A DNA stretch of 64,000 nt from Rhodoluna sp. (GTDB taxonomy: Bacteria; Actinomycetota; Actinomycetes; Actinomycetales; Microbacteriaceae). The DNA lies in contig JBIILG010000001.1 in NCBI GenBank assembly GCA_044232805.1, positions 32,898-96,897 on the forward strand, read 5' to 3'. Below the pieces are notes generated by a model. That model made no database searches. It was not told the origin of the DNA and worked only from the letters and a program-made list of their open reading frames with translations. Positions 9,007-17,314 of the stretch are shown piece by piece. Within the stretch, counting starts at the first letter, position 1; every line of letters begins with the position of its first letter. The position numbers were made by a program, and so were the translations under genes.

Positions 9007-9867
9007 TTATAGCGGTGTCGGTTGTTGAATTGGGACGACTAAATCAGTTATCACCCCTAGAAGCGGATCAACAGTCTTCAGAATTCCAGCCCCTACCCGT
9101 GGGCCGACATTGACTGGCCTGCTCTGTTTAGTGATAACGCAAATGGAATTGAAAAAGTTCACTGATTGAATATGGCCCAAAGATTCCTCCATTTCTGGGC
9201 TAATCGTGAACCCAAATCTGCTAAATACGTCGCTTCTGAGCCCGCCCAACCCCCAATGCTGAAAGTTCACGACGTCTGCCAAAGACTTGAAGAAAGAAAT
9301 GGAGGAAATTTCAGAGTTTAGTCCTCCGCCCCATTCCAGCCAGTAGGAGCAGTGGGTGTCCTCTACCATGTAGGTTCCATTCGCATCAAGAAGGGGAAAC
9401 AAAGAAATAAATGTTTGAATAATGTCTCGAGATGTATGAGAACCGTCATCGAGTATCAGGGATAAACTCCCCGACTCTAACTTGATTTCTTCTTTGGTCT
9501 CCACTGAAGCTGCGTCGCCAATTATGATTTTGATTTTCGGATTAAAATATTGAAGTAGTGAACACTATGGGTTGACATCACACCCTAGAATTTTCTGTGC
9601 GGCTGGAAAATACTTATCCCAGATTTCCAGACTTCCTCCATTTTGGACCCCAATCTCCAGAAGTCGAATTGGTTTGTCTCTAAGGCTCGCAAGAACTAGG
9701 TCGTAAACATCTAGGTACGAATCCCACTTATCGGAATATTTGCCTTGGTGTGAAGAGAATATCTCACGAAAATTTCTTTTATCGTTCATGGTAAAAAGGT
9801 AGCAGTAGGATGGCGTGTAGCCATTAGTGAAATTCAATCTAAACTCCGAATTGAACATCCGGAACAA
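9007..9867 (-). pseudogene. CmcI-like class I SAM-dependent methyltransferase interrupted by one in-frame TAG
   Basis: Track ORFs 9565..9867 (...LLEIGVQNGGSLEIWDKYFPAAQKILGCDVNP*) and 9007..9504 are in the same frame. The 60 nt between them read CSLLQYFNPKIKIIIGDAASV with no further stop. Together they form one methyltransferase with the SAM motif EIGVQNGGS and later LDDGSH, and the only defect is the TAG at 9565-9567. Confidence 0.75.
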
Positions 9868-9898
9868 ATGGAGAGAGCCCTCATTTACTCGTTTTGCG

Positions 9899-9942
9899 AG
9901 CGCTTATAGGGGCTCAAACCCCAACCTTCTTATCCGTAGTAA
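9899..9942 (-). repeat. Degenerate copy of the 3' half of tRNA-Arg(ACG) (old att remnant)
   Basis: agcgcttataggggctcaaaccccaaccttcttatccgtagtaa aligns by hand to the 12965-13009 segment at roughly 37 of 45 positions with one gap, in the same orientation. Confidence 0.6.
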
Positions 9943-10095
9943 ATTCCGTGGAGTTTTTACTTGTGTTGACACCCTGACCCTCAGTGAGATGTTGGCGCCC
10001 GTGAGGTGCAAGCACTGAGCAGCTTTCAAGTACAGGTCTTTCGTAGCGCATGGGATAACATGATGAAAAGTACATATGTTTTTTTCTGGGGGTAA

Positions 10096-10869
10096 ATGTT
10101 GATTACGAGTAGATATGTCTCTGAGGCACCAAGCGACCTAAATGCATTTCACCTTTTCCCCGGCACCTGGTCTAGCCGTGTGCCGGGCATTAGTAGTACA
10201 GGCTTAGCGAATTTGTTTAGGGACGAGAGAGTTAAGTGGTGCCTAAGCAGTTTAGATACCCCCGGTGACGTTCTTGAATTGGGTCCTCTGGAAGGGGGCC
10301 ACACTTGGCAATTAGAGCAAGCCGGGTGGAAGGTTACGGCAGTTGAGGCAAATGAGCTTGCCTTTATTAAATGCCTGCTTACAAAAAACTATTTGGGTAT
10401 GAACGCTAAATTTGTTCTCGGTGACTTTACAGAGGGTGGCTTCATAACAAAACGGAAGTGGGACTTAGTTTTTGCTTCTGGAGTTCTATACCACATGGCC
10501 GATCCCGTCAGTCTATTGAAGGATATTTCAATGGCGACAGACAGAATCTTCCTATGGACTCATTATTTTGAACCCGACTTAAGCCTCTGGAATGAATCAG
10601 TCCGCCATAAAGTTGGAACGAAGTGGCTAGTCTATTCAGAGCAAATCATCTCTGTTGGTAATCACAAAATTCGAATAGTCCCCCAACTTTATGAAGAAGC
10701 GCTTGGCTGGGCTGGCTTTTGCGGAGGGCCCAAGAATTACTCATCTTGGGTTTACAAAGATGATTTGCTGAATTTACTAAAAGTCCTGGGCTTTAGCAAG
10801 CTTGAGGTTGGCTTTGATGACCCCGGTCACGTAAATGGCCCGTCCTTTGCAGTGCTCGCATCGAAATAG
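10096..10869 (+). CDS. Class I SAM-dependent methyltransferase
   Basis: 257-aa ORF with VLELGPLEGGHTWQLEQAGWKVTAVEAN (motif I plus the post-I acidic residue) and DLVFASGVLYHMADP (motif III-like). It lies exactly between the two partial tRNA-Arg copies. Confidence 0.7.
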   Translation: MLITSRYVSEAPSDLNAFHLFPGTWSSRVPGISSTGLANLFRDERVKWCLSSLDTPGDVLELGPLEGGHTWQLEQAGWKVTAVEANELAFIKCLLTKNYLGMNAKFVLGDFTEGGFITKRKWDLVFASGVLYHMADPVSLLKDISMATDRIFLWTHYFEPDLSLWNESVRHKVGTKWLVYSEQIISVGNHKIRIVPQLYEEALGWAGFCGGPKNYSSWVYKDDLLNLLKVLGFSKLEVGFDDPGHVNGPSFAVLASK

Positions 10870-10910
10870 GCGAACTTCTTCTTTTCAGTTTGACAATTAA
10901 TTAGCTTGAG

Positions 10911-10955
10911 TGCGCTTGGAGGGACTCGAACCCCCAACCTTCTGATCCGTAGTCA
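10911..10955 (-). repeat. Exact 45-nt copy of the 3' half of tRNA-Arg(ACG) (att remnant)
   Basis: tgcgcttggagggactcgaacccccaaccttctgatccgtagtca is identical to 12965-13009 and in the same orientation. The similarity stops inside the anticodon stem. Confidence 0.85.
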
Positions 10956-11064
10956 ATCCAGTCAAGTATTTGTTTCTATACCTTCAACATTAGTCAGATG
11001 GTCTTACATTTTGTATTTCAGGATTTTGATTTTGGCGAATAGTTGCTCTGATTCAAAGAGCCCT

Positions 11065-11310
11065 TCATTGGCAGTCGTAAGTATTTGAGTTGACCGGAAC
11101 AGTCAAATGTTCTTTGTCTCTAAGAGCAAGTCCAGCCTCAAAAACCACTGGATAACCGTCTCTCACCCAACATTCAAAACCGCAAAGGATTGTAAGGTTC
11201 GGAGATAATTCATGTGCTCTATTACAATCAGGACATCCGTAATGAACAACGATTTGTGGGGCAAGCGGCAATTCTTTACGTGCTCTTATGACTACTCCTG
11301 AGTGATGCAA
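11065..11310 (-). CDS. Hypothetical 81-aa protein with Cys pairs (CPDC...C...C)
   Basis: ORF with a TTG start and no recognisable family. It contains HYGCPDCNRAH and CGFEC, which could be zinc-binding. The coding status is uncertain. Confidence 0.3.
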   Translation of the reverse strand: MHHSGVVIRARKELPLAPQIVVHYGCPDCNRAHELSPNLTILCGFECWVRDGYPVVFEAGLALRDKEHLTVPVNSNTYDCQ

Positions 11311-11487
11311 TGGGTTTCATCGCAGTTCACCTTATTCACAAAGGTATTGGTGCTGCCTTAGAGCAGGGTGGGGAGCTTTACTATTTCTCCACCTGAGAAT
11401 TGAGTGGTTTCTCTTCAGGGGCAGTGAGGCGTTTGGGCCTTAAGCCGGTTTAGTAATCTAGGTGACAGCCTAGATTACGTAATCTGA

Positions 11488-11868
11488 CTACTTAGGAGAC
11501 TCTGAAAAATGAGAGTGGGTTGCAAGACAGACTCCATCTTCAATTTCGAAAACAAAAGTTGCTCTACCTGATCTTTCTACTTGAGTATCGTCCAAAAAAG
11601 TAGTGTTAGTCCACAAAACAGCTGCATACGAGAAATCAATTCCAGAACCAATGTGGACCACTTCGCTGATTACGAAGTTTTCACTTGTGTTCCATATCTT
11701 CGACCACTGAAATTGGTAGTACTCTTCGATGTCAGTTGAAACTATCACTCGAGTACCAAAAAGGGCTGGGGTCGGTGTGTAGAGTCGCTTTGCTTCTTCA
11801 AAGTTTTTTTCCCGAACGAATTTTTGAAACGTTAGCAGCCATTTACGAATATGAGAACTTTGGTCCAT
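11488..11868 (-). CDS. Hypothetical protein, possibly NTF2/SnoaL-like fold
   Basis: 126-aa ORF. The N-terminal helix (WLLTFQKFVREKNFEEAKRLY) followed by beta-rich sequence resembles DUF4440/SnoaL-type proteins. The assignment is weak. Confidence 0.4.
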   Translation of the reverse strand: MDQSSHIRKWLLTFQKFVREKNFEEAKRLYTPTPALFGTRVIVSTDIEEYYQFQWSKIWNTSENFVISEVVHIGSGIDFSYAAVLWTNTTFLDDTQVERSGRATFVFEIEDGVCLATHSHFSESPK

Positions 11869-11982
11869 GAGCTTATTTTAGCCATTTCCTCAAGCTTCTA
11901 TTGGAACACATTAATTGTAGAGACCTATGAGATTCTGTCGCCGACAATTACACAATTTTCCTATGGTTGATACAATCATGCA

Positions 11983-12924
11983 GTGTTTGGGATTTATGCT
12001 ATTGAAAAGGCCCTTGCGTTCGCCTCCCTGAAAATAATCAGCAGGTCGCCCTCGACTTTCAATGACAAAATCAGGTTTAAGGCGGCTTTTGATCGTCGCC
12101 CTATCCTCAAAACATTTGCAGACAAGTTTGGTTTAAGAAAATACGTTCGTGAAATCCTTGGTGAATCATATTTACCAATTTTGTATGCTTGGGGAACAGA
12201 CTTAAGGCGAGTTCCCTTTGAGAAACTACCTGATGATTTTGTTTTCAAGGTTAACCACGGTTCTGGGGGGGTGGTGATAGTTCGTAAAGATTCGAAATCA
12301 CAGCAGGTTATTCCCCAAGATTTATCGGGAGTCTCTTGGACTAGCTTTGAGATAACTCCAGACAAACTCATTCACGAGCATTTAATTACTTTGGGCGAGC
12401 ACTGGATGGCCATGGATTATTACCACTACAAGGGGTGCAACAGGATACCGGAGTGGGCCTATAAGGGCATGCCAAGAGAGTATTTAATTGAAGAGGTTTT
12501 GTTTGAGAATTCAAGTTCGCTGGCAACTGATTACAAATTCCACATGTTTAATGGAAAGTGTGAGTTCATAAACACGATTAGGAGAAATGTCTTCAATCCA
12601 AACACTGGTGAGATAGAGACAACTTCTGACATTTTCTCGAGTGCCTGGGAGCCAATGAACTTTGAGTTGAATGGTCTGAAGAGTTCCGGATCTTTACTTC
12701 CTAGACCTAAGAAGCTAGAAGAGATGATCGGGGTCTCTGAAAAGCTAACAGGTGGAATTGATTACCTGAGAGTGGATCTTTACAGCCCTGGGAACAATAG
12801 AGTCATCGTTGGTGAGCTTACAAATTACCCCATGGCTGGGAAAATGAATTTTCAGCCCGCTTACCTAAATACGGCTTTTGGACAGAAGTTGAAGCTAGAC
12901 ACCGATCAGTACAGATATTTTTAG
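11983..12924 (+). CDS. TupA-like ATP-grasp protein (teichuronopeptide-type amidoligase family)
   Basis: 313-aa ORF with DKxxLRKYV, FVFKVNHGSGGVVIV, DYKFHMFNGKCEFI and RVDLY...GELTNYP blocks characteristic of the TupA-like ATP-grasp family. It is a paralog of 15479..16288. Confidence 0.7.
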   Translation: MFGIYAIEKALAFASLKIISRSPSTFNDKIRFKAAFDRRPILKTFADKFGLRKYVREILGESYLPILYAWGTDLRRVPFEKLPDDFVFKVNHGSGGVVIVRKDSKSQQVIPQDLSGVSWTSFEITPDKLIHEHLITLGEHWMAMDYYHYKGCNRIPEWAYKGMPREYLIEEVLFENSSSLATDYKFHMFNGKCEFINTIRRNVFNPNTGEIETTSDIFSSAWEPMNFELNGLKSSGSLLPRPKKLEEMIGVSEKLTGGIDYLRVDLYSPGNNRVIVGELTNYPMAGKMNFQPAYLNTAFGQKLKLDTDQYRYF

Positions 12925-12964
12925 TTTTCTACAAATCACGCTCGATGGTTTACTGTCCAATTCG

Positions 12965-13037
12965 TGCGCTTGGAGGGACTCGAACCCCCAACCTTCTGAT
13001 CCGTAGTCAGATGCTCTATCCGTTGAGCTACAAACGC
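12965..13037 (-). tRNA. tRNA-Arg (anticodon ACG)
   Basis: Minus strand reads GCGTTTGTAGCTCAACGGATAGAGCATCTGACTACGGATCAGAAGGTTGGGGGTTCGAGTCCCTCCAAGCGCA. It folds by hand into a 7-bp acceptor stem, D arm GCTC/GAGC, anticodon stem TCTGA/TCAGA with loop CTACGGA, and a T arm with TTCGAGT. CCA is not encoded. Confidence 0.9.
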
Positions 13038-13714
13038 TGGTGCCCCTAATAGGGAAGTTTTCGATTCCGGAGCCTTTCCAGTCTAGTCAAACTCATGAGG
13101 ATGTGGCTAGAGCCTATTCCCAGGGGCTTGGTGCTACTGTACTGTTCTGAAAATTACTCTTGGATGCAAATTTTGCTTTAACTAAGTAGTTTTCCTTGAC
13201 CTTTGTAAATGGAAGGTACCTGACCTATTGTCTCAAATTGCGGATTTACAAGAAGAGAGTATAGCTACGCAAACAATTGGGTTTGTGTCGACTGGAAGTA
13301 AGGTGAATTAGTTACTTTGGCCAAGGCGGGTGTTGCGAGTTAAAAACGAGTCATTTCAGGGTTACAGTTTTGAAGTTCTCTCGGTAATCAGACTAAAGGC
13401 CTAGTTGGGCCCTGTGATTGGTTTCGGGTCTCGCCCACCGTTTAACAGAGATCGCATCTGAAGAGACTACTCTGTAAATATGGCTCTCTTCGCAACCAGG
13501 AGCGCTCTGATAGGCCGTGATGACTTCCAGGCTTGCTCGGGGCAGGTTAAAATCTTTCCCTATTGATTTACAGTACAAGATTATTCGTCGGGTATTGGCT
13601 ACGCATGTGTCTTTGTTTAGTTACTCCATCAAGCGTCATGTGTATTGCCCCAAAATCGATATCCGATTCGCCCTATAATTCGTTCTTAGAATTTTCACAA
13701 CTATACTGTGGACC

Positions 13715-15274
13715 ATGTATAGACTAAACACCCAAAAAATTGCACCTGTTAGTAATCAGGGTAGGGCTTGGCTTTGGGCACTTTTTGGTGTTTGTGTCAC
13801 TTCTATGATTCTTGTTTTTCGTGCTTGGGACAAGCTAGCTCTCCTACCCATGTTTTGGGCGGAAGACGTCACAGTTTTTATAGGTGAATCTGGTTTGGGG
13901 CTCTGGTCATTATCGCAACCTTATGCTGGATATTTGCATTTATATCCGAGACTGATTGCCCTCGTGGCGAGTGGACTTCCCATGGAATTCTCTAAGGTGG
14001 TGTTTTTGCTCGGATGGTTTGCGTCTTTTGTGACGCTTTGCTTGATTAGCTACATTTACCTCCTTCGTCTAGGGGTTTCTCCCAGAAAAGCCCTCTGGAT
14101 TTTTGTGCTGGTTCCACTAATTCCGACATCGGAGGTTTTCTTCAACTTAACCAACTCGCAGTGGTTATTGGGGGCGAGTTTGTTTCTTCTTTACAGCCCG
14201 CCGATTCTTCGATCACTGTCCCGCGTTCACAAAATCTGGCTCGCCCTAACAGTTGTAGGCGTGGTTGTGCTAGGTCTGACAGGTCCTTTTTCCATTTTTG
14301 TGCTTGCTAGTCGGATTTTATTTCTTTCTCTGTCTCGGGGGAGGGAGATTATAAGTTTTCTTGATGCGCCCCTTTTTGCCACAGCAGTAGTACAGGCTTG
14401 TCTTTTTGCGCAATCAAGTCGATTGACATCAACGGTCGGTGGTGTGTTCGACCCTCTGGAAGTCACAGAGTATCTAGTGAGTCTGTTTGCGGGATCTGAC
14501 CCCACGAATGCGGCCATCTTTTTATTTGGTCTTGGGTCATTGTCAGCATGGATTGTATTCATAAAGCGTAAAGAGAGTCTGAGATTTTCCCTTGATTCGC
14601 CATCACGTCAAACTGCTTTTTTACCGATTGGCGTATTGCTGCTAACAATTTCCAACATCTATCTTTTCGGTGGCCAAGGCTTATCGGCGATATTATCTTC
14701 TGCGAATAGATACAACTTTATACTTCTTGCTCTAACATCAGTTTATGTTTTTGGACTGACGTCTTTTTCTTACAAAGCTCTGGCGCCCGTTATGGTACTT
14801 GCCATAACTATATGGGGATTTCGGCTCGAAATACTACCTATCGGGGCCGACGGATACCTGTCCGCCGTGCGAATTAGCTCAGAGGGATCGGTCCTATTTG
14901 AGGCCAACCCATATTGGCCCGGTCATTTCTGGGCTCTTGAATTTGGTAATCCGGAAAGCCAGCTCAATTTGAAACCGGCCCGCTTGGAAGAGAGTCTTGT
15001 CCCGGAAAGTGAGCAACTGTACAGTATTCCCTGCCCAATTGGTTCCCAAGACGTAATCATCCGCGTCGAGGGACGGGAAATCCTAACGGGCCAAGTGACG
15101 GTTCTCGACACTTCAAACGGGTTAGCCCTGCTGGACCGCCGAATTGACTCTTTGGGGCAGGAGTTATTTCTTAGAGAATATTTCTTTGCTTTGCCCCCCG
15201 CCGCCGGGGCTCTAAAGATTCGTATCTGGCCCGCATCGAGAAGCTTTGGTAACGTTTTTTTTGGTTGCTTTTAG
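13715..15274 (+). CDS. Polytopic membrane protein, possible GT-C-like glycosyltransferase or polymerase
   Basis: 519-aa ORF with roughly a dozen hydrophobic helices across the first ~400 aa, an acidic first loop (WAEDVTVF) and a soluble C-terminal domain of about 120 aa. There is no family-level match by eye. Confidence 0.4.
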   Translation: MYRLNTQKIAPVSNQGRAWLWALFGVCVTSMILVFRAWDKLALLPMFWAEDVTVFIGESGLGLWSLSQPYAGYLHLYPRLIALVASGLPMEFSKVVFLLGWFASFVTLCLISYIYLLRLGVSPRKALWIFVLVPLIPTSEVFFNLTNSQWLLGASLFLLYSPPILRSLSRVHKIWLALTVVGVVVLGLTGPFSIFVLASRILFLSLSRGREIISFLDAPLFATAVVQACLFAQSSRLTSTVGGVFDPLEVTEYLVSLFAGSDPTNAAIFLFGLGSLSAWIVFIKRKESLRFSLDSPSRQTAFLPIGVLLLTISNIYLFGGQGLSAILSSANRYNFILLALTSVYVFGLTSFSYKALAPVMVLAITIWGFRLEILPIGADGYLSAVRISSEGSVLFEANPYWPGHFWALEFGNPESQLNLKPARLEESLVPESEQLYSIPCPIGSQDVIIRVEGREILTGQVTVLDTSNGLALLDRRIDSLGQELFLREYFFALPPAAGALKIRIWPASRSFGNVFFGCF

Positions 15275-15478
15275 CGGGTGACGCTATTCCGCTTCTTGTT
15301 TTAGGACTCTAAAGATACCGAAAGTTTGCGGTATGACTTCGATCTCAGATTCCATTTCAGCCAATGTAGGATTTTGGATTTTTTGTTGGGAAACGGGCTA
15401 ACACGCGCTCTGGGTGAAACATAATTGCCAGTTTAGATCAGCGCTTTTTGGCAAATCGTTCGCATTACTGAATGCCTT

Positions 15479-16288
15479 TTACCGGTAGCTAGGATTCCAG
15501 TCTTTACCTAGAAGCAGAGCGTAGTCCTTAGGTGTATATTCCATTTGCCCAGAAGTGGGGTAGTTAGTAAGTTCACCGACCCTCAACGATCCAAAACCGT
15601 CTTCAATGAAGTCGACTCTGATGAAATCGGTTTCGATAGATAGTTTTTTGGAAATTTTAATCAATTTTTCTAAGTTTTTGGGCGGGTCCTCTGGTTGTAT
15701 TTTGCTCCAAGGGGTTCCTTTTTCAAGGTAACTTGCTTCTATCCATTGCCAATTTGCATGATAGTACGCGTTAGACTTTTCCGAAACTGATCCCGCTTGC
15801 TTCACAATTATTTGTGGATTCCCATCGAAGCAGTAAATCTTAAACTCGGTTAGGCCTGAGTCTCCCTTAGATACCATGAGCTCTTCTACCAAAATTCGAC
15901 GTTTTATGTTTTTGTATGCCCATTCAGGGTTGCGCCCGAGCCACCATTCGTAGTCCATCTTGATCCAACGATTTAGAAGTTTTTCAGCGATATCTGGAGA
16001 GAAGTTCTCGGGTTGAACTTGAAAACGCTGCCAACCAACTGAATTGATGTCAATTGGTAGCCTATTTTCTTCTGGTGCTGAATTGGATACAACTATGACA
16101 CCTCCGCTGCCATGGTTTACCTTGAGTACAAACTCTTCGGGAAGATTTGCGTAATCTATGGCAGATGGTCTTCGATAAACACCTAGTAGAGGCACCAGGT
16201 ATTCCTCGCCGACCTTATCTCTTATGTATTTCCGCACTAGCCACTTATCTGCATAAATTCGTATCTTTGGGTTCCGATCCCAGGCCAT
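15479..16288 (-). CDS. TupA-like ATP-grasp protein (second copy)
   Basis: 269-aa ORF with DKWLVRKYI, FVLKVNHGSGGVIVV, EFKIYCFDGNPQII and IRVDF...GELTNYPTSG, the same block order as 11983..12924. Confidence 0.7.
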   Translation of the reverse strand: MAWDRNPKIRIYADKWLVRKYIRDKVGEEYLVPLLGVYRRPSAIDYANLPEEFVLKVNHGSGGVIVVSNSAPEENRLPIDINSVGWQRFQVQPENFSPDIAEKLLNRWIKMDYEWWLGRNPEWAYKNIKRRILVEELMVSKGDSGLTEFKIYCFDGNPQIIVKQAGSVSEKSNAYYHANWQWIEASYLEKGTPWSKIQPEDPPKNLEKLIKISKKLSIETDFIRVDFIEDGFGSLRVGELTNYPTSGQMEYTPKDYALLLGKDWNPSYR

Positions 16289-16360
16289 CTTGTAAAAAAT
16301 CTTTGACTGGATTGTGTTCCCTGGCTCTGGGTGATTACTCTGTAGTGCTTTATAGGCGGA

Positions 16361-17314
16361 TTATTTCTCTTTTTTTAGTTTTGATCTAGTGCTAAATTTC
16401 GAACCAGAGACTAATTGCCTTATGCCTTTTGTCCATCTCCAGAGTTTTGTTTTGAGAATTGCGTCCCGTTCTGCAATGATGGCGTCCCGTTCTGCAATGA
16501 TGGCGTCCCGTTCTGCGTGTGCATGAAAAGAGTTAATTGGTAAAGGGTCAACCCCTAGGGGGTCTAGGACTCCTAAACCCAAACTTTCTGGGTTGCTCTT
16601 TATGTAATCCTGACTTTTCACGTAGCCACCAACTGGCCATTGGTGGTATTGGGATTCGCGGTTGTCCAAGAATGACAATTGAAACTGCGTTCCTCTTATG
16701 GACCGTAATGCTAGAGGCAGTGACAATTGGTCTCTTTTGGAATGCTCGGTCAGAATCGAAAACCAAACTTTCATCGCAGAAATGCAGTCCGATTGATTGT
16801 GTCTACGCGCCAAGATTCCGCCCCAAGTGGGTCTACAGGAAAGATATTCGGGGAACGTGGCAATTGAGAATTTCAGTTGAGTCTTTAGAACAGCGTTGGC
16901 TTCAAAGCCCAAATGCGAAACGGACGATAATTCCTCCAGCATGTTGAGGTGAAACGAGTGTTGTATTCCTCCAAACACCACTTCATTGGAGTGGACCAAT
17001 TTGGACCACAATTGTTCCGGGTCAGCGGTGAGCTGAACAGACGAATCAACGTAAATCGATCGTGAGTACTCACTGAAATACAAATGAGGGTTTATCTTTG
17101 GGTGTCTCGAGCTCTTTCGAAAATCATCTGGCCACATGGAATCAATTTTTCTAACTTCCCACCCGTTCGACTCTAAGTCTTGCTGATCGGTGAGGCATAC
17201 AAAATCTACACTCGAGGATTCGGGGGTGTTGTTTAGCTCTGCCCTTTGTCCAACTAGTACCGTGTAGACGACCAGTCGATCAGCTAAATGCTTTTGTTCC
17301 ACGTCTTCAAGCAA
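16361..17314 (-). CDS. DUF616 (TOD1/MUCI70-type) glycosyltransferase-like protein with a coiled-coil tail
   Basis: 317-aa ORF with VYTVLVGQRAELN...VDFVCLTD, YFSEYSRSIYVDSSVQL, ARRHNQ and RDQLSLPLAL blocks typical of DUF616. The C-terminus carries AERDAII heptad repeats, then KLWRWTKGIRQL. Confidence 0.65.
   Translation of the reverse strand: MLEDVEQKHLADRLVVYTVLVGQRAELNNTPESSSVDFVCLTDQQDLESNGWEVRKIDSMWPDDFRKSSRHPKINPHLYFSEYSRSIYVDSSVQLTADPEQLWSKLVHSNEVVFGGIQHSFHLNMLEELSSVSHLGFEANAVLKTQLKFSIATFPEYLSCRPTWGGILARRHNQSDCISAMKVWFSILTEHSKRDQLSLPLALRSIRGTQFQLSFLDNRESQYHQWPVGGYVKSQDYIKSNPESLGLGVLDPLGVDPLPINSFHAHAERDAIIAERDAIIAERDAILKTKLWRWTKGIRQLVSGSKFSTRSKLKKEK
16461..16516. repeat. 21-bp tandem repeat (about 2.7 copies) inside the DUF616 gene
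   Basis: gcgtcccgttctgcaatgatg occurs at 16461-16481 and 16482-16502, followed by 14 nt of a third copy. On the minus strand it encodes (AERDAII)n, exactly one heptad per unit. Confidence 0.9.

Noticed and set aside
9565-9567. The in-frame TAG as evidence of stop-codon reassignment or pyrrolysine-type recoding
   Set aside because: TAG is used as an ordinary stop by well-supported genes in the window, for example jag at 30648-30650 and the ABC-2 permease at 42224-42226. No pyl genes were seen. A nonsense mutation or sequencing error is simpler.
11454-11477. A perfect 9-bp inverted repeat (TAATCTAGG-tgacag-CCTAGATTA) just downstream of the NTF2-like ORF as an intrinsic terminator
   Set aside because: No U tract follows on the transcribed (minus) strand and the stem is AT-rich. 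It may still be a protein-binding or processing site, but this cannot be supported.
16461-16516. The tandem repeats (also 40027-40092 and 60413-60466) as possible CRISPR or minisatellite arrays
   Set aside because: The units are contiguous with no spacers, are multiples of 3 nt, lie inside ORFs and translate into sensible peptide repeats. No cas genes are present.
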